Position numbers and translations under genes: made by a program. DNA of 64,000 bases. Source: the human T2T-CHM13v2.0 reference genome, Homo sapiens. Numbering within the stretch: the stretch's first letter is position 1; the number at the start of each line of letters is the position of its first letter. The stretch lies in assembly GCF_009914755.1 (NCBI RefSeq), contig NC_060928.1. One strand, given 5' to 3'. The notes below the pieces were generated by a model, which searched no databases, was not told where the DNA came from, and was given only the letters and a program-made list of their open reading frames with translations. Shown here piece by piece: positions 46,341-64,000 of the stretch.

Positions 46341-47629
46341 TCAACTAGAAGTGACTAAAACAGTTTGACAAATAGACTCTAAATTAAGCTTTAATCAGTT
46401 TCTGGTTAAGGAAGATAGAGAATCATTATCAGTTTGTTTGCCAGAGAAGAAGAGTAGACTATATTATTAATATTAAAGATCAGGTGAAATGCTTTACTTC
46501 CAGTCCTTTTCTCTCCCAAAGCAAGAGGTGTTAAGTAGATAAAATCTATGTCTTCATCAAGAAAATCTCACATCCAATAATGTTTCCATGGTCATTCTAA
46601 AATCTAGCTCATTGTTAAGTGATTATTCAGGAGACCCCTCTAAAAATTTCTAAAAAATGTTTATGTACAAAGGGGTATATCTTCAGCTTTAGAATTAAAA
46701 ATATATTTATAGAGTGCTCTCCATGCACTAGGAGCTGTGTGAAGTGTAAGGAATACTATAAAGTTTAAGAAATATGAGTTTTCTCTCTTCACAGTGCTTG
46801 ATGGTACTGAGATTAGGTTATAATTGAGATTAGGTTACAATTTTATAACTCTGGAGCAGTGGAATCAATAAAAATAAAACATTTGAAGAATGAGAAAAAT
46901 GGGAAAATATTTATTTAGTATAGGTTAAGTAAGGTAAGGACCGAAAAGTGCCTATTGAATTTAATGGCCAGGGAATTTAGTCACTTTCATAGAGACAGAT
47001 TTGGAACAGATAGATTTTGTACAGAGAGATAGATAGAGGTGTGTAATACTACACCCTCAGGAAGTAGAATGAATAACGCTTTGAAAAAAGAGGGAGAATA
47101 CAAGAGTACATGTGAGATCAAAAACAAATTTGTCTTATTTCTATAAAAAAAGGAGAAACTTAAAAAATGTAATTATTACTTAAATGAGTCAATACAAAGA
47201 GAAGTATTTGAGGTAAGGAAGAGAAATGGAAAATGTTTATAGTGTCAGTTCCCTACTAAGAAAGGAAAATATGGAAATTAAAAATAGCAGCACTGAAAGG
47301 AACTTGAGATGAAAGGAGTTGCTAGCTTTGCATGCACTTAAGTTTGTAGGTTTGAGACAGGAAGAGAAGGAATTTTACTCAGGATACTCTCCTCTATTTT
47401 TCTAGAAAGGATAAAAAAGATTTTCCTCAGAGTGTGGCAGCAGAGATTACATTGACTGTTAGGAAATAATGGAGAATATTTATAATAAACACGGAAGACA
47501 GAATGAGAAAGCATGACACATAGAAAAAAATGCTGAATGGGACACAGTAGTGTTTTCAAAATGAACTTTCCATAGTGATGGAAAAATTTTATATCAGTGC
47601 TGCCCAAACAATTGTGTACCACTGAGCCC

Positions 47630-50915
<3,286 letters not shown>

Positions 50916-52694
50916 ACGTGTCTATGGAGCATTTTAGATGTCGTCAGCACAACTGAACAACTTTTTAAATTTCATTTAAATTTAATTAGCTTACATTTAA
51001 ATAACCACATGTGAACAGTTCCTATCATACTGGATAGGCAGATATGTGGGGCTCTAGTTGGAAACTATAACCATGCATTTATATAAGTGGAAGAGTTTTC
51101 TCTGACAACTTTAATCTGTGATAAAACAGGAAAGGGTACCTGGATTCAATCACATTAGGTTGTACCAGGGACAGGGGCCTAGAGCAAGGAGGTTGGAATC
51201 AAGGACAGTAAAAGAATATAGGATATGCATGAGAGAATAATGGATATGGAAAAGTCATAGGATCTATCATAAATAATAAGGAAATGAATAAATAGAAATA
51301 AAGGAAAGGGTGAGAGATAAGAATTTTGGTGATAGTGACATAGTGAGAAATCTAGAAGAAAAAAAGTTGGGGATTAAAAGTGCAATAAGATTGACGCTTT
51401 CAAATTAAAAATGTCTCTGCGCTGGCATGACATGAATAATTGTTTTCAGTTGCTTTTCATTTATTCATAAGTGTATTCATCAATCAAACATTAATTGAAC
51501 ATGTTCAATGTGTCCAGTGTTTTAGATACAAAGATAAATTGGCTTCCATTGCTCTTGTCATCGAGAAGCTTACATTCTATTGTGAGACACAAAGAAATAG
51601 CATTATGGTGATAAATGTGTTCATTGCTTTCAGCCTTCCTTTATAAACTTTAAATATATTCTGTCTAATCATTATACAAAATCTAAATCAATATCATATA
51701 ACCATGATGATCCTTATTCAACCTTTAATTGATCACACATCTCTTAATCAAAAGCCACACTAAAATTAATTCACTATGTCAGCAATAAAACTTTTCGTTA
51801 ATGGAGCATTTTTAGTTATGAAAACCTACAAGTGTTTTGGCTTCCAACTACTTTATTCCCACTCCTACACGAGAGTAGCTTTCAAATCCCTAAGGAAATT
51901 TTATGTATATACATTAACTCCTTATCAGACACACATGCACGCACACATTAAAAACCAATAATTCCCAGCCTTTGGTCTTACTAAGGTTTTCATTGAATTT
52001 TATAGGATTTTACTTCCTTTCCCTATATTCATGGTACCATAGGGAAGCCCACTTTTTAATTTTTGTGGGAATTATAGTCTAAAAATTTGGAGGCTAAGAG
52101 CAGACCCTAAATCTTCCAAATCTGGAGCAGATAGAGGCAATATTTCCTGGTTAGTTCAGACTGGTAGGCATCAAATAAGAAAATGTATTTAAGCTTGATC
52201 CATCTGTCTTCTAGTGAAGCTTTTCAGTCAATGAAACGTCTTCACAGACTCGAACAATTGGACCACACATTTTAATTTTTGGTCCTGTCATGTGTTTCTA
52301 TCTTTTAAAATGTTTTCATTTTTCTCTTCTTTTTCTATTTTGCCAGAACTTCAGAGGCTGCTAGCCAGACACTATTTTATTCTGGAAGTTATACATGTTT
52401 TGTTTAGAATTATATGACTACTTTCAGCTGCCATCATCTGGTATTAAAGCTTGTCCTAACATATTGCTACAGGTATGGAATATTTTTTTAAGGACTGGAT
52501 AAGGATATGGGAAGAAATGGCTGTTTTTTCCCCCATTATCAATTTGCCCCTATTATTGTCAGTCTTGGAAACTGGCTGCCTGGCAACAAACCTACATTTC
52601 CCAGCTCCCTTTCTTAGTATGGCCAGGTGATTAAGACAGGTCAGTGAAAAGCAGATGGAAACTACCAATTGGTAGATTTGAGAACCTTTTTTAA

Positions 52695-54112
<1,418 letters not shown>

Positions 54113-54495
54113 GAGAACCTTTTTTAAGAGACAACTGGCATCAAGTTTTGTTCTGTTCTTCTTCAGTTCTTCCTCTATCCTCCTTCCTAGAACATGGATA
54201 CCTGAATGTAAATGTCACTGTCCTGAACTAAGTGCCTGAAGAATCATAAAGCAGTCAGATGGAAAATGCCTAGGTTTTGAGGCCTTGAAGTATAAGCAGA
54301 ACTAACACTTGTTTTCTGGAGTATTTGGATTCTGAAATTATTCTAATATTTTATGAATTATATTGTTTCATTTATAAACATATCAACTGTAATTTTTGTA
54401 TTCTTTGAATATTATATATTGTTTTTAGAAGACTATAGGAAATAAATTAAATAAAATACGTATCCATTTTTAGCTTAAAAAAATCTCCATTACAA

Positions 54496-54776
54496 GGCCA
54501 GGCGCGGTGGCTCACGCCTGTAATCCCAGCACTTTGGGAGGTCGAGGCGGGCGGATCACGAGGTCAGGAGATCAATCGAGACCATCCTGGCTAACATGGT
54601 GAAACCCCGTCTCTACTAAAAATACAAAAAATTAGCCGGGCGTGGTGGCGGGTGCCTGTATTCCCAGCTACTCCGGAGGCTGAGGCAGGGGAATGGCATG
54701 AACCCAGGAGGCAGAGCTTGCGCCACTGCAGTCCAGCCTGGGTGACAGAGCGAGACTCTGTCTCAAAAAAAAAAAA
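54496..54776 (+). mobile_element. AluY with a small right-arm deletion
   Basis: TSD aaaaaaatctccattacaa on both sides; gagcttg|cgccactg lacks cagtgagccgagatcg. Confidence 0.95.
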
Positions 54777-55579
54777 AAAAAAAATCTCCATTACAAATAA
54801 CAATAAATGCTCTTTTGGAATCTTATATAATAGAATCTATAAGTCGAGGATGTCCTTCAGCTGTCACTGTGGAAATAGTGTGGGTGGTATTTTATGATTT
54901 GACTTCTCCTTGAAGAGAGGTTATTAATTTAAACCCCATTTGGTCGGAATTTGTGATAATTTGGAAGGAATCCAGCATTACCTAGGGAAAAATAACTTTG
55001 TCTTAAAATTAAAAAGATAAACATCATTAACAGATTTTGATGCATCATTTTACATGTAAACAAAGATATTCTAATTTTTAATTTTCTTCATCTGCTAAAA
55101 GCAGGTCCCCAAACACCAAATTTAGACAGTGTTTATTTATGCACCAGTTCCTGTGTGGCCTGGGTAGGAAGAATATTCTATTTCTTTACAGACTATTCCC
55201 TGAGGAAAATATTTTAGTAGCTTAGAGAAGTTTCATTTTACATCAGACACGTAGGTAGAAAAAAAATTATCAGAAGTTTTGGCTACTTCTGAACTACGGC
55301 ACGTACAATATATTGGGCCAAGTGAAGCACAAACTATAAAACTTCCAGCTCCATCCAGAAGATACTTACATAATAGTTATGAAAGTTCTGGCCAAAGGGA
55401 TGCCCCTAAGGCTGTGCTGCAGCTTCATTTTTTAACTCTTTTGTTAGTAATCAATAAAGAAACCTAGAATAATCTTACCTGTTTCTATAAAAATTACAAA
55501 TACATTTACTCATTGACCAATAACTTTACCTTTAAGAATACATACTGTAGCTATTAATGCATATGATCAATGCCTTTGG

Positions 55580-56150
55580 GAGTTTATTAATTAATCCTTT
55601 TTATAATTACAAAGGATTGGTAACAACCCACGGGTCATGCATATGGGACAGATTGAATCAACTCTGAAATATCTACATAATGGAATGCTCTGTAACTGTT
55701 GAAAACAAAAAGGAAAGAAAACTAAGAAAATTCTCAACATATTAGTATAAACAGATCTCCAAGATACTGGGTTGAACAATGTGAAATCGGTGAGCCAAAT
55801 AGATAGTACTCGGGAAATTTTGTGTGGTTCATATTGTTGAATCTAAAACAAACAAACAGAAAAAAGACGCAGATAAATGCATATTTTATGCTAACTTATG
55901 TGGGAAAAAAATAAAATTATAATTACATATGGATGGTCATGTTTCCTTGGAAACAATAGGTGTTAACACAATTAGTTACTTATAGGTGATAGACCTTATA
56001 GAATAGAATGTTCTCTATAGGTGATTGAGTAGGAGGGGAAAGGGGAGAGAATGAGAATTTTCCTGTAAACCTTTGTATGGTTTTTTATTTTTGTATAGTT
56101 TTGTATAGTTTTTTATTTTTAACCAAGTAAATGTATTACTTTACTTTTTA
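55580..56150 (+). mobile_element. L1ME 3'UTR remnant
   Basis: tacataatggaatgctctg...acagatctccaagata; heavily decayed. Confidence 0.5.
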
Positions 56151-57149
56151 AAAGCACTATTTTGTCCTGTACTATGCTGGATGAATTTTAATTGAGCCAC
56201 CTACATTCCTTTTAGTTGGGATTTCTGATGTGAATCATAAATTAACAAGGTAAAAAAAATAACCAAGATATTACTTTATTCCAAGATGCCCTTTTTCTAA
56301 TAAATATTTATTAACATAGTTTTAAAAATTATAGAATGCTGGACCTTTTCGATACCTTATCTAAAAATGGCATTCTCTTAAAATCATTTTGTGACTCAAA
56401 ACTATGCATACATAAAACTTAGCTTCCTGTATTCATTCCTGAGAAATGAAAACATTTTATTACAGCATTTATATTATTTTTTTACAGCCTCGTGAATTTC
56501 TCCAGCAAAATGCATTATGTTATTTTTTTCTTTACTACATATGTAGACATCACAAGGGGGTAAATGGTTATTAAGAGCAAAATTTACCACATGTAATGAG
56601 CACCTGCTAGGACTGTGGGTCAGTGTTTCTGATGAGACATTGAGCAGCTACTTATTATAATTAGCGTCATTAGGCCTTTTAACTGCTGCTCCCATAAGAA
56701 GAAAGACATTTTCTTAACCTACTTTGTAAGTATTTATAATGCCTGCTGATTTTCAGCTGTGAAGGCATCATTCATTATATTCACAGGTTTTTATGGACAA
56801 AGAGGCTGAATGAGGTTTTCTACTAACATCATTTTCCATTTGATTATATCATTCTACACCTAGTGCATACAGAGAATTTGAATTCATTCAGTTGAAAATG
56901 CCTCCCTGAAGGTCCTATGCAAGTTTTGTGAGCCATCTAGGTGCCTACATTTTTATATCCAGATAGGAAATAAATGGAAGCAATGAGAAATAGTGTGAAA
57001 GCCGTGAAAGGCAATGGCTGCTCCTAAGTGTTAAATAAATAGCCAGCAGTATTTTATATGTACGTAGTACTTGGCTCTCTAGTTGCTTAACTTTTATTAA
57101 ATCCATTTGTTTAATTCCCTGAGGCATTACTGTTCCTAATATTTGCCTC

Positions 57150-57270
57150 ATTATAAATTTTAGAAGCCTAGAGGTTAAACAGTATGTTCAAGATCACACA
57201 GTATACTAGTGGTAAAACCAGGAGTAAACCCAGGTAGTTTGGGTCCAGAATCTATAATCATTATTCTATA
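57150..57270 (-). mobile_element. MIR remnant
   Basis: agaggttaaac...tcaagatcacacag...aaacccaggtag. Confidence 0.55.
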
Positions 57271-58437
57271 GAATTATTAAGTAATTAATGGAATATGTAC
57301 TACACTGATTGAATATATGAATAAATGAATGAAGGTATGATGAAATCAATATGCCAATAACAGTTTAAGTCAGTGGAATGAATAATACTACAAAACGAAA
57401 TCTATTCCAAATCAACTTCAATATAATTTTGGAGATTATGTGTTCTTACCTTCATAATTAGACCATTGGCTCCTTTCTATTTATAACTATAATGATTCTA
57501 TATTCTGTAGATGAATATAAAATGCATTTTGTCTCAAATTCAGATTTGTTCCCAATCTTTTTAGGGAGATCATAAAATGAATAAATAGAATCCGTTTATT
57601 CAAATCATTTTAATAGAATACGCACTGTGGTTCAGAGCTGTGCAGTGCAGAAGGAACAATTAAGAAGGCTTAGTCTCTGCATTCTAGGAAATTTTTGTAA
57701 TCATTTATTTATTACTCACCAGGACATGGCTTCTCTATTTTTGGGATATTCTGAGAACACACAGGAAGGGTAGATAAATAGCCTCAGGAATGGATAGAAG
57801 CATAGGAATTTTCCTAACCAAGAGTTTTTGGCTGAGTCCTGAAACCTGAGGAAGCCATTAAAGAAGAGAGGAAGCACAGTGCAGATAGTTACAGTCCCCA
57901 AGTACAGGATCAAGAAACAAATGAAAGTGGGTGCATTCAGAGAACTACATTAAGTTCAAAAATTGTATTAGGCTTTAGGCAGGGTTGATGTGGGATATTA
58001 GGATGGAAAGAACTACTGGGCTATGCTTAGCAATTTGAGTTTTATACTGCATGCAATGCTAAGCTACTAAAGAATTATAATCTGGAAAATGACACTAATC
58101 CATTCTTTCATGAAATAAATAATTATTGAGTGCCCCACATAATAAGCACTGTCTTTGACTTTGGGGACAATTACATTTGCCCTATAGAAAAGACTACTGT
58201 GGTTTCAGGGCACAAAATTGATTGAAGAGAGTAAAAAAGAGGAGACAGGTATATCAGTTTGGAAGCTGGAATTATAAGGGAGGTTTACTGAACTCTAGGA
58301 GAAGAAAATGGCATAGTTTACAAATTTGAAGAACATTGCAGAGTAGAATAAACAGAAATTAGTAATTGATTCAATGTGGGGTGAGACAAAATAAAAAAAT
58401 CCCAAAATAACTTAAGAACTCTCCTCTCCATGCCTCC

Positions 58438-58973
58438 TGTGATGGTTAACATTCAGAGTCAACTCGTTTGGGTTCAAGGATGCAAAGTATTGTTTCTGGG
58501 TGTATTCATGAGGGTGCTGCCAAAGGAGATTAACATTTTAATCAGTGGGCTGAGAGAGGCAAACCCACCCTCAAACTGGGTGGGCATCATCTAATCAGCT
58601 GCTAGCACAGCTAGAATACAGCAGGCAGCAGATGGAAGAGCAGACTTGCTGAGTCTGCCAGCCTCCATCTTTCTCCCATGCTGGTTGCTTCCTGCCCTCA
58701 AACATGAGATTCCAAGTCCTTCAGCCTTTGGACTCTTAGACTTACACCAGTCATTTGCCAGGGGCTCTCAGGCCTTCAGCCACAGACTGAAGGCTTCACC
58801 ATTGACTTCCCTGCTTTTGAGGTTTTGGGACTTTGACTGGCTTCCTTGCTCCTCAGCTTGCAGACGGCCTATTGTGGGACTTCACCTTATGATCGTGTGA
58901 GTCAATTCTCCTATAATAAACTTCCCATCATATATACGTGTACCCTATTAGCTCTATCTCTTTAGAGAACCCT
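58438..58973 (+). mobile_element. MLT2A2 (HERV-L) solo LTR, lacking the last ~10 nt
   Basis: tgtgatggttaa...gccaaaggagattaacattt...gcttgcagacggcctattgtgggac...tagagaaccct. Confidence 0.9.
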
Positions 58974-59446
58974 CTTCAAGTAACGTTTACTGCCTGTCCT
59001 ACCTGTATTACAGCAACCTAAAGATGTAAGAAATTGGAAGGATAGACTTAACTTCAATTGAGATAGTATAGAGAAACCGAAGTGTATCCTGGGAAAGATG
59101 CCAAGTTCAGATTTGAACACAAGTTATACATGCATTTGTTACATCAAAATGGACTTATCTAGTACATAATGGATGTGTGAGTCTGAGGCTCAGGAGGCCA
59201 AACTGGAGTCTGGAGACATCAGGTCAGATTCACGCTTTGTGTTTCATCAGAATGATTACTCCCTCACAGAAATACCTTCATTGACCAAGTTTGCTCTAAT
59301 CCCTCCAATGTATTATTCTGTATTAAATCATCTAATGACCAAGGTATTTTTATAACAACACTGTGCATATTTAATGTTTATAATTTGATGTTTGACATAT
59401 AAGAAACCATATATGTATACATCTAGCCTGAAACTAGATAGCCAAA

Positions 59447-59447
59447 T

Positions 59448-59481
<34 letters not shown>

Positions 59482-59515
59482 AGATAGATAGATATAGATA
59501 TAGATAGAGATGGAT
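59447..59515 (+). repeat. (GATA)n microsatellite
   Basis: Imperfect gata tandem. Confidence 0.9.
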
Positions 59516-59519
59516 AGTC

Positions 59520-61705
<2,186 letters not shown>

Positions 61706-61954
61706 ATTTCTTTTGCTTGTTTATCTGTTCATTGCTAATATAAGCTTCTTGACGGTCAGAGTCTTGCTCATATTTTTAAGTGCCTTGTGCCTAACGTCTA
61801 GAATAGTGCTCTGCACATAATAAGTCCTCAATAAACATTTCTCTAATGAAAAAATAGCTGAATGATCTAACAGGCAAACAAATCAGCAAATCAGCATAGA
61901 GGCAGAAATTGAGGGTTTGGAGACTTGAAAGCATCTATAAATAGACACAGAATA

Positions 61955-62116
61955 TTACTTCTCAAGCTTCGTTGTGGCATGAAATCACTTTGGAATCTTG
62001 TAAAATGAAGATTATGATTTTGTAAGTCTCAGATGGGAGTTGAAGTTCTGCATTTCTAAAAACTACAGCCTATTCCAGTGCTGCTGGTCCTGCTGCCACT
62101 CACTGAGTGGCAATGG
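61955..62116. mobile_element. MER5-type hAT remnant
   Basis: ttctcaagctt...aaatcactttgga...tctgcatttctaa...gctgctggtcc. Confidence 0.6.
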
Positions 62117-62669
62117 CATCAAGTATGATTTAACTCGACAAACATAAATACAAATGAAGGTTAAACTGACATTGTTTCTTCATGAAAGAATTGACAGTTT
62201 ATCATGAAATTACAAGTGAGGTCACTGCTGAGAAATAGTATGGAAAGCTAGAAGAGTATTCAGAGGAGAGAAAGACTAAAGAGAATGAGACTTGTTTTCA
62301 AAAAAGAAAATGAGTAAAATAGTTTTAATGAAACTTTGCAAACATCTGCTATTACGGAAAGTATGAAGACATTGAGTCCATACAATGGAGAGTCGATATT
62401 CAAATAAATTAACACTTTCAAAATATCATCTACAAACTTTTAGTGTTTTTGTTTTTTATTTCCTGTTGCTTATTACCCCACCTCTCACTTCCCCATTGTT
62501 GCACAAAGCAGATAATTGAAGAAGCTGTGAAATGCAAATAAATTTAGTAGGCCTGCTTGTTAATAACTTAAGGAAGATTTTGATATAAAAAGAAGTTGGA
62601 AATTTAATTGTTCAAATGAGATTTTGGGATTTGCTTTAGATTTTATTCATGTGCTACTTTCTATTTCTA

Positions 62670-62734
62670 CGTGATCTGCCCTCCCTGGCCTCCCAAAGTG
62701 CTGGGATTACAGGCCTGAGCCACCGCGCCCGGCC
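62670..62734 (-). mobile_element. Isolated Alu 5'-end fragment (65 bp)
   Basis: cgtgatctgccc...gattacaggcctgagccaccgcgcccggcc; no rest of body, no tail. Confidence 0.9.
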
Positions 62735-62789
62735 CCACTATTAAGTTTTATATAACCTACAACACATTTTTTTCGGAAAAGACAAAACA

Positions 62790-63250
62790 TTTCAGGATGT
62801 GATTCCCCAGTCATATAAGCAAATTGTTACATTGATGGATAGCTCCACTAGACAGCGCCTTCTTATATTGAAATGAAAGTTCACCTTTCATTCGATAGTT
62901 TGAGCCCATTTCTGTAGTTCTGTGGAACATAATTCTAATTCCTCCTCCAGGTTCCACATTTTCAAAAAGAGAAATCATGTTTCCAATTTCTCTAGAGCTG
63001 AATTCTTCAGCACTTGCAAATATTCCTCAATGACAAGAGTTACAAACACTGTTTACACTGCTATTAATTTGTCTTCATTCTCTGTGTCCTATACAGAATT
63101 GTACCAACGGCAGTAAATATCACCCTCAGTACACTGAAAAAAAGGATCTTTCTTGATTCAAACACTATTATATATTAGTACAACCCAAGTTTATAATTAG
63201 TTTTTAAACCAAGAGTAGGCACCACGTAAGAATCTGTTTAGTTCAATAAT
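62790..63250 (-). mobile_element. Possible L3/CR1 remnant
   Basis: cattgatggatagctc...ttcttatattgaaatgaaa resembles CR1 3' sequence. Confidence 0.4.
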
Positions 63251-63539
63251 ACACTACTTCTCATTTGTTTAAATGAAAACTAGGTTCATGTCTCCTCATA
63301 CATTCTGTCCCTCATTTAGGCAACATATATTGGAAGAATGTGAAAAACTATCTACCAGTTACTATACAAACTTGGCAAGATATGTAATCTAATTTAACTA
63401 GTTTCCCTATTATGCACATGAAATAGACGTAATTCTATTTGTCCACAAAACTCGTATACATAAAAACAGTACGTGAAAAAAGATTATTCATAACAATTAA
63501 ATCTGCAAGTTTTCAAATTAGACAATTTTAGATTAAAAA

Positions 63540-63715
63540 TATAGCTCTGTTATTACTCTCTCTGACCATGAGTAAGTTTCTTAACCTCCATAACCTTCAG
63601 TTACATTGCTTATAAATATTTTATCGGTACCTAACTTGAATGTTTTTGAGGAAGATGAAATGAGATAATCTACATGGTATTTAGCATAGGTCCTGGCATA
63701 TAGTAAGCAGCTACT
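63540..63715 (+). mobile_element. MIR remnant
   Basis: gaccatgagtaagtttcttaacctc...aaatgagataat...cctggcatatagtaagc. Confidence 0.65.
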
Positions 63716-64000
63716 AAGATATATCTGTAATATTTACCCCTCATAAAGGGCCTAATTAAGAACAAATTTTAATTATTATATATTCTAATTAACTTAGGCG
63801 AAGCAAAACATGGTACATTTTAGAAAAATTTCAATTTAAAACAAATTTTTTAAGATTGACTGAAAGAATAAGGTTTGATTACTTTAAAAAAATTAAGTAG
63901 CTCATTTTCTTAGAGTACCAGATATTGCCATACACTTTGCCTAAAGATATAAATCTCAAATAATTCTCCAATACCTGATATTAAAAATAATAACTAATAT

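Noticed and set aside
46808-46842. 17-bp tandem duplication tgagattaggtta(t/c)aat
   Set aside because: Ordinary slippage duplication; similar ones occur at ~39677 and ~56090

Overview
Primate (most likely human) AT-rich, gene-poor genomic DNA dominated by transposable elements. No intact protein-coding gene is supported. Main contents: a full-length but ORF-disrupted L1PA4/5 (24.7-30.8 kb, minus strand) inserted in a MER34-type LTR; an NDUFB4 processed pseudogene (32.1-32.6 kb); a pol/env-deleted LTR9/HUERS-P-type ERV1 provirus (36.1-40.7 kb) nested in a MER6 DNA transposon; several older L1s; nine Alus; solo LTRs; and microsatellites. Almost all ORFs in the supplied track are TE-derived or spurious. 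I found no convincing new biological system. The best leads are an L1 antisense-promoter/ORF0 unit pointing at the nearly intact NDUFB4 retrocopy, three twin-priming L1 inversions, three L1s rearranged at the same A-rich ORF2 segment, and two inverted repeats likely formed by template switching. Subfamily names come from recalled consensus similarity and need RepeatMasker/Dfam confirmation.
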